Positions 11,298-24,785 of a stretch of 64,000 nt of DNA are shown here, one piece after another (the stretch's first letter is position 1; every line of letters begins with the position of its first letter). The DNA comes from Nitrosopumilaceae archaeon. GTDB taxonomy: Archaea > Thermoproteota > Nitrososphaeria > Nitrososphaerales > Nitrosopumilaceae. The notes under the pieces were generated by a model. The model worked only from the letters and a program-made list of their open reading frames with translations. It was not told where the DNA came from and did not search any database. The stretch spans positions 2,336,001 through 2,400,000 of the forward strand of contig CBDCCK010000002.1 of assembly GCA_965214835.1 (NCBI GenBank). The letters are read 5' to 3'. A program made the translations under genes and the position numbers.

Positions 11298-11470
11298 CGG
11301 GAGTTGATCCGGAATTAAAAGCGTGCGAATCATTTCCCGGATTTTTCTACTGTGCATATGCCAGGTAACTCATAGGCAGTTTATCATCTACAGGCATCCT
11401 AATCGATTTGATGCAAGCAGGCTTGTTCATGCATCACGACCCGAGTCTGCTGGTTTCGAATCAACTCTCC
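11298..11470. mobile_element. putative MITE (gagagttgattcg family)
   Basis: gggagttgatccg...cgaatcaactctc; related ends at 33643 and 35167. Confidence 0.55.
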
Positions 11471-11549
11471 GGCAAACGTGGTTTTCATATGACACGGTAA
11501 TGATTGGCCGTAATGGCAAATTTTTATTGAGTGCAATCTACAAGACTGT

Positions 11550-12011
11550 ATGGGGCGCGGACTATTCCTAGATCGTGACGGCGTATTGAATTTTAAGGCC
11601 GAGTCCTACGTGACAGGAGCAGATGAGCTGGTATTGCTTCCGGATGTGGGAAATCACTTGAGGAAATTTCAGGAATGCGGCTTTCAGCTGTTTGTGATTA
11701 CCAACCAGTCTGCAATAAATCGAGGACTGCTAAGCCGTGAGACCCTGAATGAGATCCACCAAAAACTGCTACGCCAGTTATTCGCAGATGGCGTTACTGT
11801 AAAAAAAATCTACTACTGCCCGCACAGACCAGAAGAAAAGTGCGCATGCCGCAAACCGAAAAATGCATTATTTGAAAAGGCCCTAAGGGATAACAGTCTT
11901 GATCCTTCACAGTCTTGGATGTAGGGGATTCAGACTCCGATATCGAAGCTGCAATCGCTTCCGGCATAAATCCATTTAAAATAAAAACCAATTCTTCCCT
12001 GCTGGCCTGTG
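11550..12011 (+). pseudogene. gmhB: D-glycero-manno-heptose 1,7-bisphosphate phosphatase (HAD), frameshifted
   Basis: FLDRDGVLN, ITNQS, CPHRPEEKCACRKP; frameshift at about 11920 before GDSDSDIEAA; 3' end abuts IS481. Confidence 0.85.
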
Positions 12012-12908
12012 CTGTCTATTGTACGAAAAGTCGGTCCGCCTAGGATCAGGAGGACAATAACGGACTATTTTAGGCTGTACCGATCACGAAAAACCATGAA
12101 AAAAATACTGACAGAAGAGTCACGGCAGTACCTAGTAAGACAGTGCAAGAAAGGCGTCGCGCCCTCCAAGATAGCAAAGGATCTGAACATCACGGCAAGG
12201 CATGTAAGGAGGCTGTGGGCCCGGTTCCAGGCAACAGGTACGACGCGCGTGAAAATGGGCAGGCCGCATGTCCCGGTCACGGCCGCCCAGATACGTCTGG
12301 TGACCGGGACGCACGAGGGCGAACCGACAGGCGTACTGCGCACCGCAGGCAGGCTGAGGCACAATCACAATATAAGCTACCGTGCAGTATACCGCATAAT
12401 GAAGAAGAACGGCCTAGTGATTCCGTCTGCGGCAAAATCAAAAAAGAGGGGATACGTCCGCTTTGAGCGCAAATACTCCAACGCGATGTGGCATGTGGAC
12501 TGGCATGAAATGAAGGATCCGCGCCTAAAGGGACTCAACCTAGTCACGTATCTTGACGATGCCTCAAGGTGCATTACGGGGGCCGCACTATTTGAGCATG
12601 CCACCTCTGAGAACGCCGTAATGACACTCAGGCTGGCGATCGAGAGGTTTGGCACGCCTGCATCCATACTGTCTGACAATGGCTCGTGCTTTGTAGGACA
12701 GAACGGCAGAAAAAAGGCGGCCTCCAAAGGCGGCACCGGCATGGGGACGTGGCAGCCCACGCTCTTTGAGGAGGAGCTGCTTACACGGGACATCATCCTG
12801 ATAAACACCAGGCCATATCACCCGCAGACCAACGGCAAGCTGGAGAGGTTCCACGGCAGCAAAGAGGCCGAAATCCGTCACTATGAGAGCCTGGATGCAT
12901 ACATCAAG
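12012..12908 (+). mobile_element. IS481-family element truncated by IS66
   Basis: WHVDW, LDDASR, SDNGSCF, HPQTNGKLER integrase core. Confidence 0.9.
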
Positions 12909-15036
12909 GTACAACTTCAGGTCCTTTTTATACTGACTAGGGAACTTTTTGCCCGGAACTTTTTGATCCTTCCGCATCTGCTGTGACAGACCCGCTACAT
13001 CATCATCACACGTCCCTTGTATATGCAAGACCGGCAGCGCGCAGACAACAGATTATTGGCAGACAACAGATTATTGGCAGACGGCACCTGCAGGAAACCA
13101 GCATTGTCAGATTTGTCAGGCGTTGTTGACTGGCAGACTTGCCTACACGGCCGGATTCTTTGACATGAAGCTACGGGTTACGCCGTCCCGTAGGCGCCAG
13201 ACGGATCATGTTGTTGTAGGAGCTGCTGCTGCTGGTACGACGGCCGTCCGGTTCCGGCGTACCGCTCCTCTGCTGCTGCCTGCGTCATCATCGACTACAG
13301 GCGGCCACGCCGGCGGCGGCCCGGGACACTCAAAGACGCTGTATCTTGTACCGTCCGTATTGACAAGCGAGGACAGCAGGCGCGCATCATTATCATCATC
13401 TCTTGCTTCTGCAAAGATATCCCAGACCGGATTCCGCAGGTATTTCAAGAGTCCGCCGGCAGGATGTATATTCTGCTTGCGACATGTCATCGAAAATGTC
13501 AGCAGCGCAGAAGCCGTCTTTCTTCCCCCGTCAGTTACGATCTTGTGGCGTGCATTGCGTTGTGGTATGATCCCGTCGCGTATGCACCGCTCCGTATCGT
13601 TGTTGTGCAGCGGCATTCCCCGATGCGCTAGACACGTAAACATGTCATGTATGGCGTTTAGCAGGTGTGTACGCACGTGAACGTCCTCATACGGGTTGAT
13701 TATTTTGTATACTTCCCTGGAAAGCTCCATGCATGTAAGCGGCGCAAGCGTCTTGATTTTATCTATCTTCCTGTAAAATTCCAGCAGCAAGTCATACCTT
13801 TTCCCCATCATCGCCTTCGGGCATCTTTACTGCAAGCTTTTCTGCATACGCCAGAAGGTGCCTCCAGCACCTCTGGATTATCTCAAAGAACAGCTTGTAC
13901 TGGGCCAGCCCGTCGACGACTATGGGAACCCTGGGATCCAGCCATCCAAAGTGCGTGTGCAGTACCTCAGAGGACCGGGAATCTGCAAAGACCACAAAGC
14001 ACGCCCCCGCACAGTTGAGCACCCAGACGTACCCCGTGTGTCCGTCGCCGCGCTTAAAGCCGGTCTCGTCCATCTGTATCCACGGCCTGCCCGCAATGAA
14101 TGTCTGTATGCATTGTATCATGTTTTGCCGGAGTGCCTCTGCCACGGCGTGCCGGGCGGCAGTCACGGTATTTGGGGCCATCTTGAATCCAAACATATAC
14201 TGAAAGTACTCTGCAATGTCCTCGTCTATGTTTCCCTTCTCAAAGAACATCATGATTAGAGAGAGTGAGACGGGCCCAAGTGACGTGCCGCCTAGAAACG
14301 GGGTAGCTGCGACATGCACGGTATTGCACTGTGGACACACCGCGTTTTGGATGATGGCATTGGCAGTAATCATGCGCATGGAGCCGTCCAGATCGTTGAC
14401 AAGCTTGTGGATCGGCTTGAGCATCCGTAACTGGATGTTGCACCTTGGGCATATTTTGAAATCAAGATCGTACCTTAATGTCATGGATGGCCGGTTGCCG
14501 TGCGATGTACCATGGTGTCCGCACGGAGGGCCGCGTTTCTTGCCCCGAGCCGCATCGCCGGGACTGCCGCCGGGATCCTCGCCCCTTTTCTCCCTGAACT
14601 TTTTTCTGGCATCATTGTATAATGACGGCGTGGACGTGGGCATGTTGGGACTCTCGTACAGGGCAAGCCTTGCCTGAAGCTCAGCATTCTCCTTCTTGAC
14701 ATCCACATTCTCCTTCTTGACAATAGAGAGTTCTTTTTCCAGCCCGGAGATCTTCTCATCTTGCTCCATGATCATGACAAGTGCCTTTCCAAGATCCGTA
14801 CAGCGTGCAAGCACGGCTTTGGAGTCCATATGTTACATCAGACAGGCAAGATCAAAAAAGATTTCCATCGAAATTCTTTGACCAAGATGCCGATATTATG
14901 TCACTCCCGTAAATTCCAAACCTGCAATGTCTGATCACAAATGTCTGATGTTCAGCCATGTTCGCAGGGGCATCTGATCATAAGATGCTGCCCAAAAATG
15001 TTTGACTGTCAGTATAAAAAGGACCTGAAGTTGTAC
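12909..15036 (-). mobile_element. IS66-family element, transposase frameshifted (14829-13206)
   Basis: 29-bp TIR gtacaacttcaggtcctttttatactgac; QMDETG, QRCWRH, HNNDTER. Confidence 0.9.
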
Positions 15037-15080
15037 GATAAAACAACATCATAAGACTATGTTTTATTTAGTTCGTTTTG

Positions 15081-15188
15081 GTAACAGTTCGGGCTCAAGT
15101 TCAGGCGTGGGTTTTGCCATACTCGATCGGGGTCTTCCGGAATAATCTGTGTCTAAAATCAGGAACGGCTTCCAGAGCGAGCTGTTAC
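15081..15188. mobile_element. MITE with GTAACAG ends
   Basis: gtaacagttcggg...cgagctgttac. Confidence 0.85.
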
Positions 15189-15226
15189 GGCAACAGCCTT
15201 TTTAGCGACATGCCTGTAGTCCTGTC

Positions 15227-16621
15227 ATGATCAGGTGCCTTGCTATAACAGGACTCTTTCTGGTTCTAGCAGCAGGTGCCGTTGCCACCGCGCATGCGGA
15301 GGTGCCGCCCCCGCTAAAGCAGCTTGCAGCCGGCGTCTCTCCTGAAGGAGTCCTGTGCAGGGAGGGACTCGCGCTGGTCGTGCGCGACACCGGCGGCGCC
15401 GTATGCGTGAGTGGGAACACTGCAGAAAGGATGGGGTGGATCGTAACCATACCAGATGCCAGCGCCGCCGAGTCCACGCACCTGCTGCTACAGGCCGGCG
15501 GCCTGGTGCCAGTTGAGATTTCGGACTATTCTGGGATCGTGTCCGCAAACAACGACTTTGCAGTCGACTTTTACTCACATGCAGCCAGGCAGGAGGGCAA
15601 AAACATCGTATTCTCACCGTGGAGCATCTCCGGTGCCTTTGCACTCGTACACGAGGGGGCGGGGGGCGACACGAGGAACGAGCTCACAGATGCGTTCGGG
15701 TTTCCAGAGGAAAAACGCCTGCAGTTTGGCTCTGCAATGGTGGATCTGAACAGGCCCGACACAGAGTACAGGCTGTCGGTTGCAAACGCGCTGTGGCTTG
15801 CAGAGTGGCTCGAGCCGCTAGAGGAGTACGTGCAGACCGCAAGGATATACTATGACAGCGGCGTGGAGATGGTGGACTTTGGATCCAGCGACGCGGTCAA
15901 GACGATTAACCAGTGGGTGTCAGATAACACCGGTAGCAGGATAAACGAGGTCATAGCGCCCGGCTCCGTCAGCACCGCAGCGCCGCTGGTCATAACAAAC
16001 ACAGTATACTTCAAGGGCGACTGGGTGACCACGTTTAGAGGGTCTGCAACTATCGAGGACTACCCGTTCTGGGTGACCCCCGACAAAAAGGTGACGGTTC
16101 CGATGATGTACGCAAAGGCTGTCTACAAGCACGCATATGTGGACACGCACCAGATCCTTGAGATGCCGTACGTGGGCGACCGCATCTCAATGCTCGTACT
16201 GCTGCCAAACGAAAAAGGCGGGATAGGCGAGCTGGAGGGGCTACTGAGCGCCGAGAACCTCGAGGAGTGGAGGGAGGATCTTGCATGGAGAGGACTGAAG
16301 GTCTATTTTCCAAGATTCAACCTTGACGTCTCATACGACCTAAAAAGGGACCTGTCCGCGATGGGCGTGACCTCGATCTTTGATGAGAAGGCAGACCTTT
16401 CTGGCATCGCCGGGGACGGGCAGCTGTATGTGTCAGACGCAGTCCACAAGGCGTTCATAAACGTAAACGAAAAGGGGACGGAGGCCGGGGCCACAACTAT
16501 AATAGCATCTAGTTCATCAGGGCCTCCGACGTTTCTAGCAGACCACCCGTTTGTATTTGTCATACAGGACAGGGAGACGGGCAACATACTGTTCATCGGA
16601 AGGCTGTCCGACCCGTCATAG
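15227..16621 (+). CDS. secreted serpin (serine protease inhibitor, I4)
   Basis: Signal peptide, PPLKQ...CREG N-terminal module, NIVFSPWSI, NTVYFKGDW, EKGTEAGA hinge, FLADHPFVF. Confidence 0.96.
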   Translation: MIRCLAITGLFLVLAAGAVATAHAEVPPPLKQLAAGVSPEGVLCREGLALVVRDTGGAVCVSGNTAERMGWIVTIPDASAAESTHLLLQAGGLVPVEISDYSGIVSANNDFAVDFYSHAARQEGKNIVFSPWSISGAFALVHEGAGGDTRNELTDAFGFPEEKRLQFGSAMVDLNRPDTEYRLSVANALWLAEWLEPLEEYVQTARIYYDSGVEMVDFGSSDAVKTINQWVSDNTGSRINEVIAPGSVSTAAPLVITNTVYFKGDWVTTFRGSATIEDYPFWVTPDKKVTVPMMYAKAVYKHAYVDTHQILEMPYVGDRISMLVLLPNEKGGIGELEGLLSAENLEEWREDLAWRGLKVYFPRFNLDVSYDLKRDLSAMGVTSIFDEKADLSGIAGDGQLYVSDAVHKAFINVNEKGTEAGATTIIASSSSGPPTFLADHPFVFVIQDRETGNILFIGRLSDPS

Positions 16622-16772
16622 GGCGCCCCCGTGAGTCATATCTGAGAAGACTGCACCTGTGAGATGTTAAGGTCGTTGTGACATGCAGGCACGAATCTTG
16701 TTGCAAGATGATTTGGTCATGACTGAAAACCGAGGCGGCCCAGCCGATTACTTGCACCTCATACAAACGTCT

Positions 16773-16780
16773 TTTATAAA
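16773..16780 (+). promoter_or_regulatory. archaeal TATA box
   Basis: tttataaa about 25 bp before ATG 16801, consistent with a leaderless start. Confidence 0.55.
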
Positions 16781-17454
16781 GCATCATGGTAACATCCAGC
16801 ATGAACCAAGCAGTGTGTCTTGCCATATTGCTGCCGGTTTTGCTCTCCGTTCCGGCTTTGTCATTTTCAGAGTCAGGCGAGGTACAGGACAACCTGTACA
16901 AGTTCGATGACGGCTTTTATGAAAAGATCCAGCACCTGCAGAACATGACATCGTATGAAAGGGCAGACAGTTCGGACAACGCTACACTGGCTGCACATTC
17001 CGTAATTATAGTCACAGATGACGGATACGAAGACGAATTGGAGCAAACGCTAAGGGAGATGGGCTCACGGGACATATTCAAGTCAAGGAGCCTGGACTTT
17101 CTCATCGCTGATGTCCCGGTGAACAGGATAACAGATCTGGCAGGCTATGATCATGTCTACAAGCTTGGAGACGGGCATGGGGAGCTGACATCGTCGGCAT
17201 CACCGTCAAGGTTACCTACAGCATTGACACTGGCGCAGGCCAAGGCCGTAGTTGGCGCCACCAACGTAGGCTCCAACGCGTATCCGTATACCGGCCAGGA
17301 GATCACCGTTGGACTGATTGGTCCGGGTACGGATTTTACACACCCTGACCTGCAAAACAAGGATGCCGCCTCGCTCCTATGTACCCAACTCCGATGCAGT
17401 GATTCTTCACTGCTGGCCGGTACCGATCATGCCACCTCGACTTCCGCAGTCATA

Positions 17455-18552
17455 TAGTGAAGAGCATAAATCATCCAAATCAACTTTATCAAACCACAAT
17501 ACATTTTGATCGCCATGGCACACATTATTCATGACTCCAAAAGAAAAGGCCAAGTTCAGGGAGGCGCACAGGAAGGAAAAGGATCCCGCCGTCAAGCTCA
17601 GAATGACTGCAATAAACCTGATCCACATTGAGGAAAAGGACTCAAAGATTGTGGCAAAATATCTGGGACAGACACGCGACTGGGTCTACTTCTGGACGCG
17701 GCGCTTCAGGGAGGGCGGCATTGATGCCCTCCGGAACCGCCCACACACCGGCAGGCCGCCCAAGGTGAGTCCGGAGATCATCACCAAGATCATAGATGCG
17801 GCCGAGGACGGCATACTCACGCCAAAGAAGTTTCGCCTGGACATACACGACGAGACCGGCGTTTGGTACCACCACACCCACGTCAGGAGGTTGATGAGGG
17901 AGCAGAACATGTCGCCCAAGACGCCGGAGCTCGTGCACAGGAACAAGGCAGACGAGCAGACCATACGAAGGTGGCAGTGCAACGCAAAAAGGCAGATTTC
18001 ACGCCTGAAAAAGGAGGGTTTTGCCATCGTAATCCAGGACGAGTCGATCTTCGTCAATGATCCGGTGGTCGGACGCAAATACTGGTCCGCAGTCGGGGTG
18101 CCCATCACGATCCCGTACAACGGGAGCCACCGCAGGATTGTGGCCTACGGCGCGATTGCCACGGACGGACGCCGCTTCTTCCGGACATATGATAAATTTA
18201 ACGGCCCGACATTCCTCAGGTATCTCAAGGAGCTCCGCAATAACTTTGGAAAGGTCCTAGTAATAATGGACGGCGCGTCTGCGCACAAGACCCGGGATGT
18301 AAAAAAATTCGTGGCAGACAATCCGAACACCGTAAGGGTCAGGTACCTTCCGGTGGCCACCCCGGAGATCAGCCTCATAGAGGAGTTCTGGCACCAAGCA
18401 AAGCGGGACGTGCTGGTCTCCGAGTACTATGCAACAATCGAGGAGATGAGACATGCGCTGTCCGAATATCTGAGGACTGCCGGCTTCGACCACAGTGTCA
18501 TGGAGTATCTCGGAAACAAGCCCAAGATTTGAAGAATTTATGCTCTTCACTA
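17455..18552 (+). mobile_element. IS630-family element (transposase 17531-18532)
   Basis: TIR tagtgaagagcataaat, TA TSD, QDES/MDGASAH/PEISLIE. Confidence 0.95.
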
Positions 18553-18840
18553 TAGCATCCAACAGCACCAACCCCGCAATGGCGGGGATGGCACCAGACT
18601 CCATGATACACGACGCTCGCTTAGCTGGCGTGACTCACGTGGGTGAGAGTTCAGCAACAAAAAATACCTTTGCCCGGGCACTTGATGAGATGGTAACCAG
18701 CGATATCACCGTGGCACTTTCAATACTGGCAGATGAAGAAAGTTTTGGATGCAACGACTATTCTGCCCTTACCATTGTCACCGATAGGGCGGTACACGAA
18801 GGCTTGAGCTTTTCCATGGCCATCGGAAACAAACCAAGTA

Positions 18841-19946
18841 TAGCAACGGTCACAAGTAATTGAGGGCTTTGACCGGCGATCTGTAAATGTACTTGTACAT
18901 GCAAAGGTGGGCAAATGACACCGTCCTATAATATTCGGATATGGTGTGCCGCAGCTCGCTGATCCTTCTGTACACTATCCCCCTGAAAACAAAATGTTTG
19001 CCCAGGTTCCAGCATTCTTCCACGATATTGAGGTACGGCGATCCTTTCGGAATCATTATCAGCCTGACGTCGGGATGGCCCGCCAGATATTCTGCGACAT
19101 CAGTAGATCTGTGCACACTCCACCTATCGCAAAAGACTGCAACCTTGCCAAACTTGATGCGCAGCGCCTCCAGACATTCTATGAACTGCACCGACGTAAA
19201 CGATCCCGTAAACGTCCTGAATAGCCTTCTGCCGTCTTCTGCGATGCTTCCAAACACGGCCACCTTTGTGTGGTCCCCCGAATACGATGCCACGCTTCTG
19301 GTGCCGACCGGACCCCACACGTATCTGTCGTATGCGCCCTGCACGAAGAACGCCTCATCAGATGACACCAGCGTAAAACCGTCGTTTTTCAGGCACGGAA
19401 TCCGCACGTTTTCAAGGTATCGCTGCCACGAGTATACCGAGCTTGGGGTGGCATGGTTGACATGTATGTTTTGCACCTTGCGGCGCGACAGGCCGTGCTG
19501 GCACATCAGTCTTCGGACATGCTCTATGCTGTATTCTATCCCGGTGGCATTCCTTATGTCATCGCGTACCGTCATGACATCGGTACTTTTGCATGCAGTG
19601 GACAGATCCATTATGGCTGCAATACTTTCTCTGTCCACCTTTGGTCTGCATCCGGAACGGGGAAGATCCCGGAGACCGTCTATGCCGCCCTCCGAAAACC
19701 TCGCCAGCCAGTTGCGCACGGAATTCTCACTGCACCGGATCTTTCTTGCAGTCTCGGGTACGCCCATGTCGTCTTCTAGCACAAACATCAGCGCCATGAT
19801 CTTCTTGTAGACTTTGACATCCTTTTCTTTGCGCATGGCCTCTGACAGAATGTCTGTTTCTTTTGTCATACATACTGCGCCAGTTACGTGATCATTATAC
19901 CTTTCGAATGACCTTGTTTTGGCTCAAAGACTTATGCTCGTTGCTA
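18841..19946 (-). mobile_element. IS630-family element (transposase 18850-19869)
   Basis: TIR tagcaacg, TA TSD, SDEA/SPYLNIVE. Confidence 0.95.
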
Positions 19947-21309
19947 TAACACGGCGGCGTTCCCTCCACCACACATACAAAAGCTGGCATGCGGCTTTAA
20001 TTACATCAGCGCAGGTGCCGTGGACGAGGACAGAATCCTGTGGAGTGACAGTGTTCTAGGCCCTGCCCAGTTCAACACCCCGGGCGGCGACGCACCCAGA
20101 ATAAAGCCCGAGATAACCGCAATCGGCGTAGATCTTGATCTTGCACGGGCCGCAGATACTAGAAGTATGATAAACCGCGACTATGAAATAGACTCCGGTA
20201 CGAGCTTTGCCACCGCCTTTGTGGCAGGTGCCAGTGCCCTGATCCTAGAAAAGCAGCCGGACTACCGGCATCTGGAGATAAAGTCCGCACTGATGCTTGG
20301 CGCAGACTGGCAGGCAGACACGCCGGCGACGGCAGCAGACTATGATGACCGGAGGGCCGGGATATACGATACCATGAACCGGTACGGCTTTGGCATACTC
20401 AACGCAACGAGATCCCTTGACTATGCCAACGACAACCAGTACCCAAACGTCCTGTACGACCAAAGCTCAAGCGACTTTGAGGTAAATTCGTACAGGATAT
20501 ACGCAGGCGCAGGCGAGCAGGTAAAGGTGCTGCTGTCATGGCTGGTGCATCCGAGAGGCACGGTACTGTCGCCCACCCTTCCAATCGGCAGCCCGCACAT
20601 CCAGCTTCCAAGCCAGTACCACAACTATGACCTCGCGGTGACGCTTCCCAACGGCGTGACAAGGACAAGCGACTCTGACGTCCAGAACAACGAGTTTGTC
20701 GTGTTTGACGCACCAGAGACCGGATTCTACACCATCACCGTGAGCTCCGACGGGACGCTGACGACTGCCGTCGGCGAGCCGTACACCCTGGCAAGCACTC
20801 ACGGGATAGACAAGTTCCCATACGACCTCGTCGTCCCGGTCACGGAGTTCGCAGACGACTTTGAGTCGGACCTCTCAAAGTGGGACATCTCCGGCGACTC
20901 TGACTGGGAGACGGGGGACCCCGACGAGGACGTGCCCGGCGAGAACAGCCGGACAAACCAGGCGCTCATATCAAGCAACTGCGACATTGTCTGCATCGCC
21001 ACGATATCCTCGACGTTTGACACGCAGGACGCGCTGACCATCTCCTTTGACAGGTTCGTCGACTCCAACGTCGATGCCGGGGAGGGCCTGTTTGTAGAGT
21101 ACTCTGCAGACGGAACCAGCTGGACCGGCCTTGCAAGCTATACCCACGACAACCGCGAGGACAGCGACTCGTGGAGCAGTGAGTCCCTGTCCTTGGATAT
21201 AACGGATGACACCGCAATGATCAGGTTCGTGGCAAAGTCCAGCTCCTCAAGCGAGCATGTCGAGATAGACAATGTTGCAATAATGGAAAGTAACGGAGGC
21301 GGACCCTCG

Positions 21310-22700
21310 GACACGACTGACCCCGTAATCACCGTGCCCGCAGACGTCACGGCCGAGGCTACCGGCGTACTGAGTATGATATCCATAGGGCAGGCCACGG
21401 CCACCGACAACCTGGATCCCGACCCGGCAATCACAAACGACGCACCAGAGTCGTTTCCCCTAGGCAGCACGACAGTCACGTGGACTGCCACGGATGATTT
21501 CGGCAACACGGCCACTGACACCCAGACTGTTACGATACGGGACACGACGCCGCCCATGATCACGGTGCCTGCAGACCGTACCGCGGAGGCCGCCGGCGTA
21601 CAGACTGCCGTATCCATAGGGCAGGCCACTGCCACCGACATTGCAGATCCCGACCCGGCAATTACAAACGACGCACCCGCGTCGTTCCCGCTCGGCGATA
21701 CGGTAATCACATGGACTGCCACAGATGATTCGGGCAACGTGGCCACTGACACCCAGACTGTTACGGTTCAAGATACCACGCCGCCGAGCATCACGGTGCC
21801 TGCTGACCATACAGCAGAGGCCACCGGCGTGCTGACCACAATATCAATAGGGCAGGCTACGGCCACCGACAACCTGGATCCCGATCCTGTCATCACGCAC
21901 GACGCACCGGAATCGTTCCCGCTAGGCAGCACGACAGTCACGTGGACTGCCACGGATGACTTTGGCAACACAGCGACTGCCACCCAGACTGTTACGATAC
22001 AGGACACGACACTGCCGAGCATAACCGCACCACCAGATGTCACAACCGAGGCCACCGGCGTGCTGACTGTAACATCCATAGGGCAGGCCACCGCCACCGA
22101 CAACCTGGATCCCGACCCGGCAATCACAAACGACGCACCGGAATCGTTCCCGCTCGGCGACACCATAGTGACATGGACTGCCACTGATTCCTCCGGCAAT
22201 GCTGCCACGGCCACACAGACCGTGACGATACAGGACACCACGCCGCCGAGCATCACAGCACCCGCCGATCATACGGCCGAGGCTGCCGGCATCATGACAA
22301 TCCTGAATGCCGGCGACTATGGGACTCCCGCCGTGTCTGACATTGCCGATCCCAGCCCCACAATCACAAACGACGCACCGGAATCGTTCCCGCTCGGCAA
22401 CACCACGGTAACGTGGACTGCCGCCGACTCTTCGGGCAATGCCGCCACGGCCACACAGACCGTGACGATACAGGACACCACGCCGCCTGCCATATCCGGC
22501 CTGCGCAACATAAACGTGGATGATCCGGCGGGCCGGGGAATGGAAGTCAGCTATGATGCGCCTACAGCTACAGACCTCGTGGACGGGGTCGTGGCAGTAT
22601 CGTGCACGCACGAGTCGGGATCGACGTTTGCGCCCGGATTCACCGAGGTGTCATGTATGGCGACAGACGGCTCTGCAAACTCGCTGCGGGACTGGTTTAT
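21310..22700 (+). repeat. about six HYR-like tandem domain repeats (about 231 bp)
   Basis: Repeated DTTPPxIT.P.D...FPLG.T.VTWTATD.SGN units. Confidence 0.9.
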
Positions 22701-24349
22701 CATACACGTGGACGCATCTGACGCCATCCTGGACGTCTCGCAGACCGTGAGCACGGGCCGGTCCACGTGGAGTGTCACGGGCCCCGACAGGATATTCGCG
22801 GGGCAGACCTTCGAGTATACCGTAACCCTCGAGGACGGGGCGAGGCCCAGGGAGGAGGCCCTTGCCGTGTACAGCGCTGCGCCGGATACGCGGTACCTCG
22901 GATGGCATGATCCCGATGCAGACTGCCAGACTATATTGTGCGCGGGGTTTCCCGAACAAAAGCACAACACGTACAAGATAGCCAGTGACGAGGACTCGCC
23001 GTATACTGCCATGCACAACAAGATGAAAAAGTCCAGATCCAGCCACACCATACTACTGCAGCCGGCAGCCGACGCGCCGGCGGGGGCGCAGGCCACAGTC
23101 GGCATGCTGGACGCCAGCTACAATCCTGTGGGAGGCATACCGGTAACGGTACTGCCGCCGTCCACGAGGACGGTAACGGACGGGGACACCACCTGGAGGA
23201 TCACGGGCCCCGACAGGATATTTCCGGGACAGACATTCGAGTATACCGTGACCCTTGATGGCACAAGGCACCAACACGACGCCCTTGCCATATACAGCGA
23301 CTCGCTTACGGTGGACGACTTTGGGGGACTCGCGGATGACTCTGCATGCGGCACGACCGTATGCACGGACTTTCCGGGGCAGCGGCGCCGCACGATGGAG
23401 CTTGACAACCACGCAGGCTCGGTATACGACGTGAGGTACCACACGATCAACGCGCCCGGCTCCCAGTATACGATACTGCTGAGGACCGCCGACGACGCAG
23501 ACGCGGGAGGCGCGTTCAGGGTAGGCCTGGTGGACGGGGACGGGATCCCCATTGGCGGCATACGGGTCACGATCGCCGATCCCGTGGCTGTAACGGGCCC
23601 CTATGAGGAGCTCGTGGCGGGCCTGTCCTTTGAGGGCAGCTTGGCAGATGCGACGGGGGACAACAACGGCACGGCGGCCACAGGGGATGCCACGTACGTG
23701 CCTGGCAGGATAGGCAGGGGGCTGCAGCTTGACAACTCCTCTCATGTAGTCCTTGCAGAAGAGGCCGACTTTGACTTTGGGCGGAGCGACCCGTTCAGCA
23801 TGGCGTTCTGGCTCAGGCAGGATGTGCCTCAGACTGCCAGGTCCATGATCCTCTCCAAGGCAGAGTCGTTTGGCCGTCCTGGCGCATACGTGTTTGTGTG
23901 GGACGGGGCGCCCAACAGGGTCCTGCTCCTGCTGTATGGAAACTCTTCTTTCATAAACGTGCACACACCGCAACACCTGAACATGTCAGACGGCGCCTGG
24001 CACCACATGGCATTCACGTACGACGGCTCGGGCGCCAAGGAGGGCCTCAACGTATACGTGGACGGCGAACACCGGGACTATGACCACTTCCGCAGGGGCG
24101 CGGGGCTGACAGGCAACATGACAAACGACCATGCGTTTACCATAGGGGCATCCGGCCTGGGGGAGCACGGCATATCCGATGCGGCACTTGACGAGCTGCG
24201 CGTGTACGATACCGAGCTGTTGGCCCGGCAGGTGCGGCTGCTGCATGCGGCAGGCCTAGGCTAGCCTGTGCGATCACGGTGGGCCCAGCCTGCGACAGGA
24301 GTTCGTACCGGCCGGTAAGGATTCTCAAAGTACTTCATGATCAGACACC

Positions 24350-24460
24350 CCTGCAAACGGACGATGACATTGAAGGATTTGTGACAAACTAGGAAGGCGA
24401 CGGGGTACGGCAAAAACGAGTGATCCTGCAAACGGACGATGACATTGAAGGATTTGTGAC
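24350..24460. repeat. 36-bp direct duplication around a 39-bp insert (unit C)
   Basis: cctgcaaacggacgatgacattgaaggatttgtgac at 24350-24385 and 24425-24460. Confidence 0.95.
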
Positions 24461-24785
24461 TGCCGGCATAATGCCCCACAGGCGGCACTGCCTGCCGGGG
24501 CCATACCGCGCGGAATGCGCGGCAGCAATCTTCTGGAGGCGATAGACTCTTGCCTCTTATCGTGTATTGCTGCGCAATACCTAAATCAGGCGTAAGGTTC
24601 AATCATCGGAACGCAAAAAGGATGTATCTTACTATCTAGGAATGAAAATCACAGTCGCATGTAAAACCGTGCCTGATTAGTTAAGGGGGAAAACTTCCAT
24701 ATCAAATTATTCTGGTTCCCGGGGGGTACCGCTCAAATATTGGATCCTTGGTAGCAAAATTCATAACTGAATTACCAGAGCTAGA

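Larger units (their letters stand above)
16786..24264 (+). pseudogene. S8 subtilisin-like surface protein with HYR-like repeats and LamG domain, split by two IS630 elements
   Basis: Segments 16786-17454, 18555-18840 and 19949-24264 join in frame (1756 aa); HATSTSAVIA, AIGN, SGTSFATAFVAG motifs; DTTPP repeats; C-terminal WHHMAFTYDG...LDELRVY. Confidence 0.92.

Noticed and set aside
13041-13082. 18-bp tandem repeat gcagacaacagattattg
   Set aside because: Simple slippage duplication inside an IS66 end, with no insert.
21310-22700. HYR-like repeats as a DGR template/variable pair
   Set aside because: Differences are not adenine-specific and no reverse transcriptase is present.
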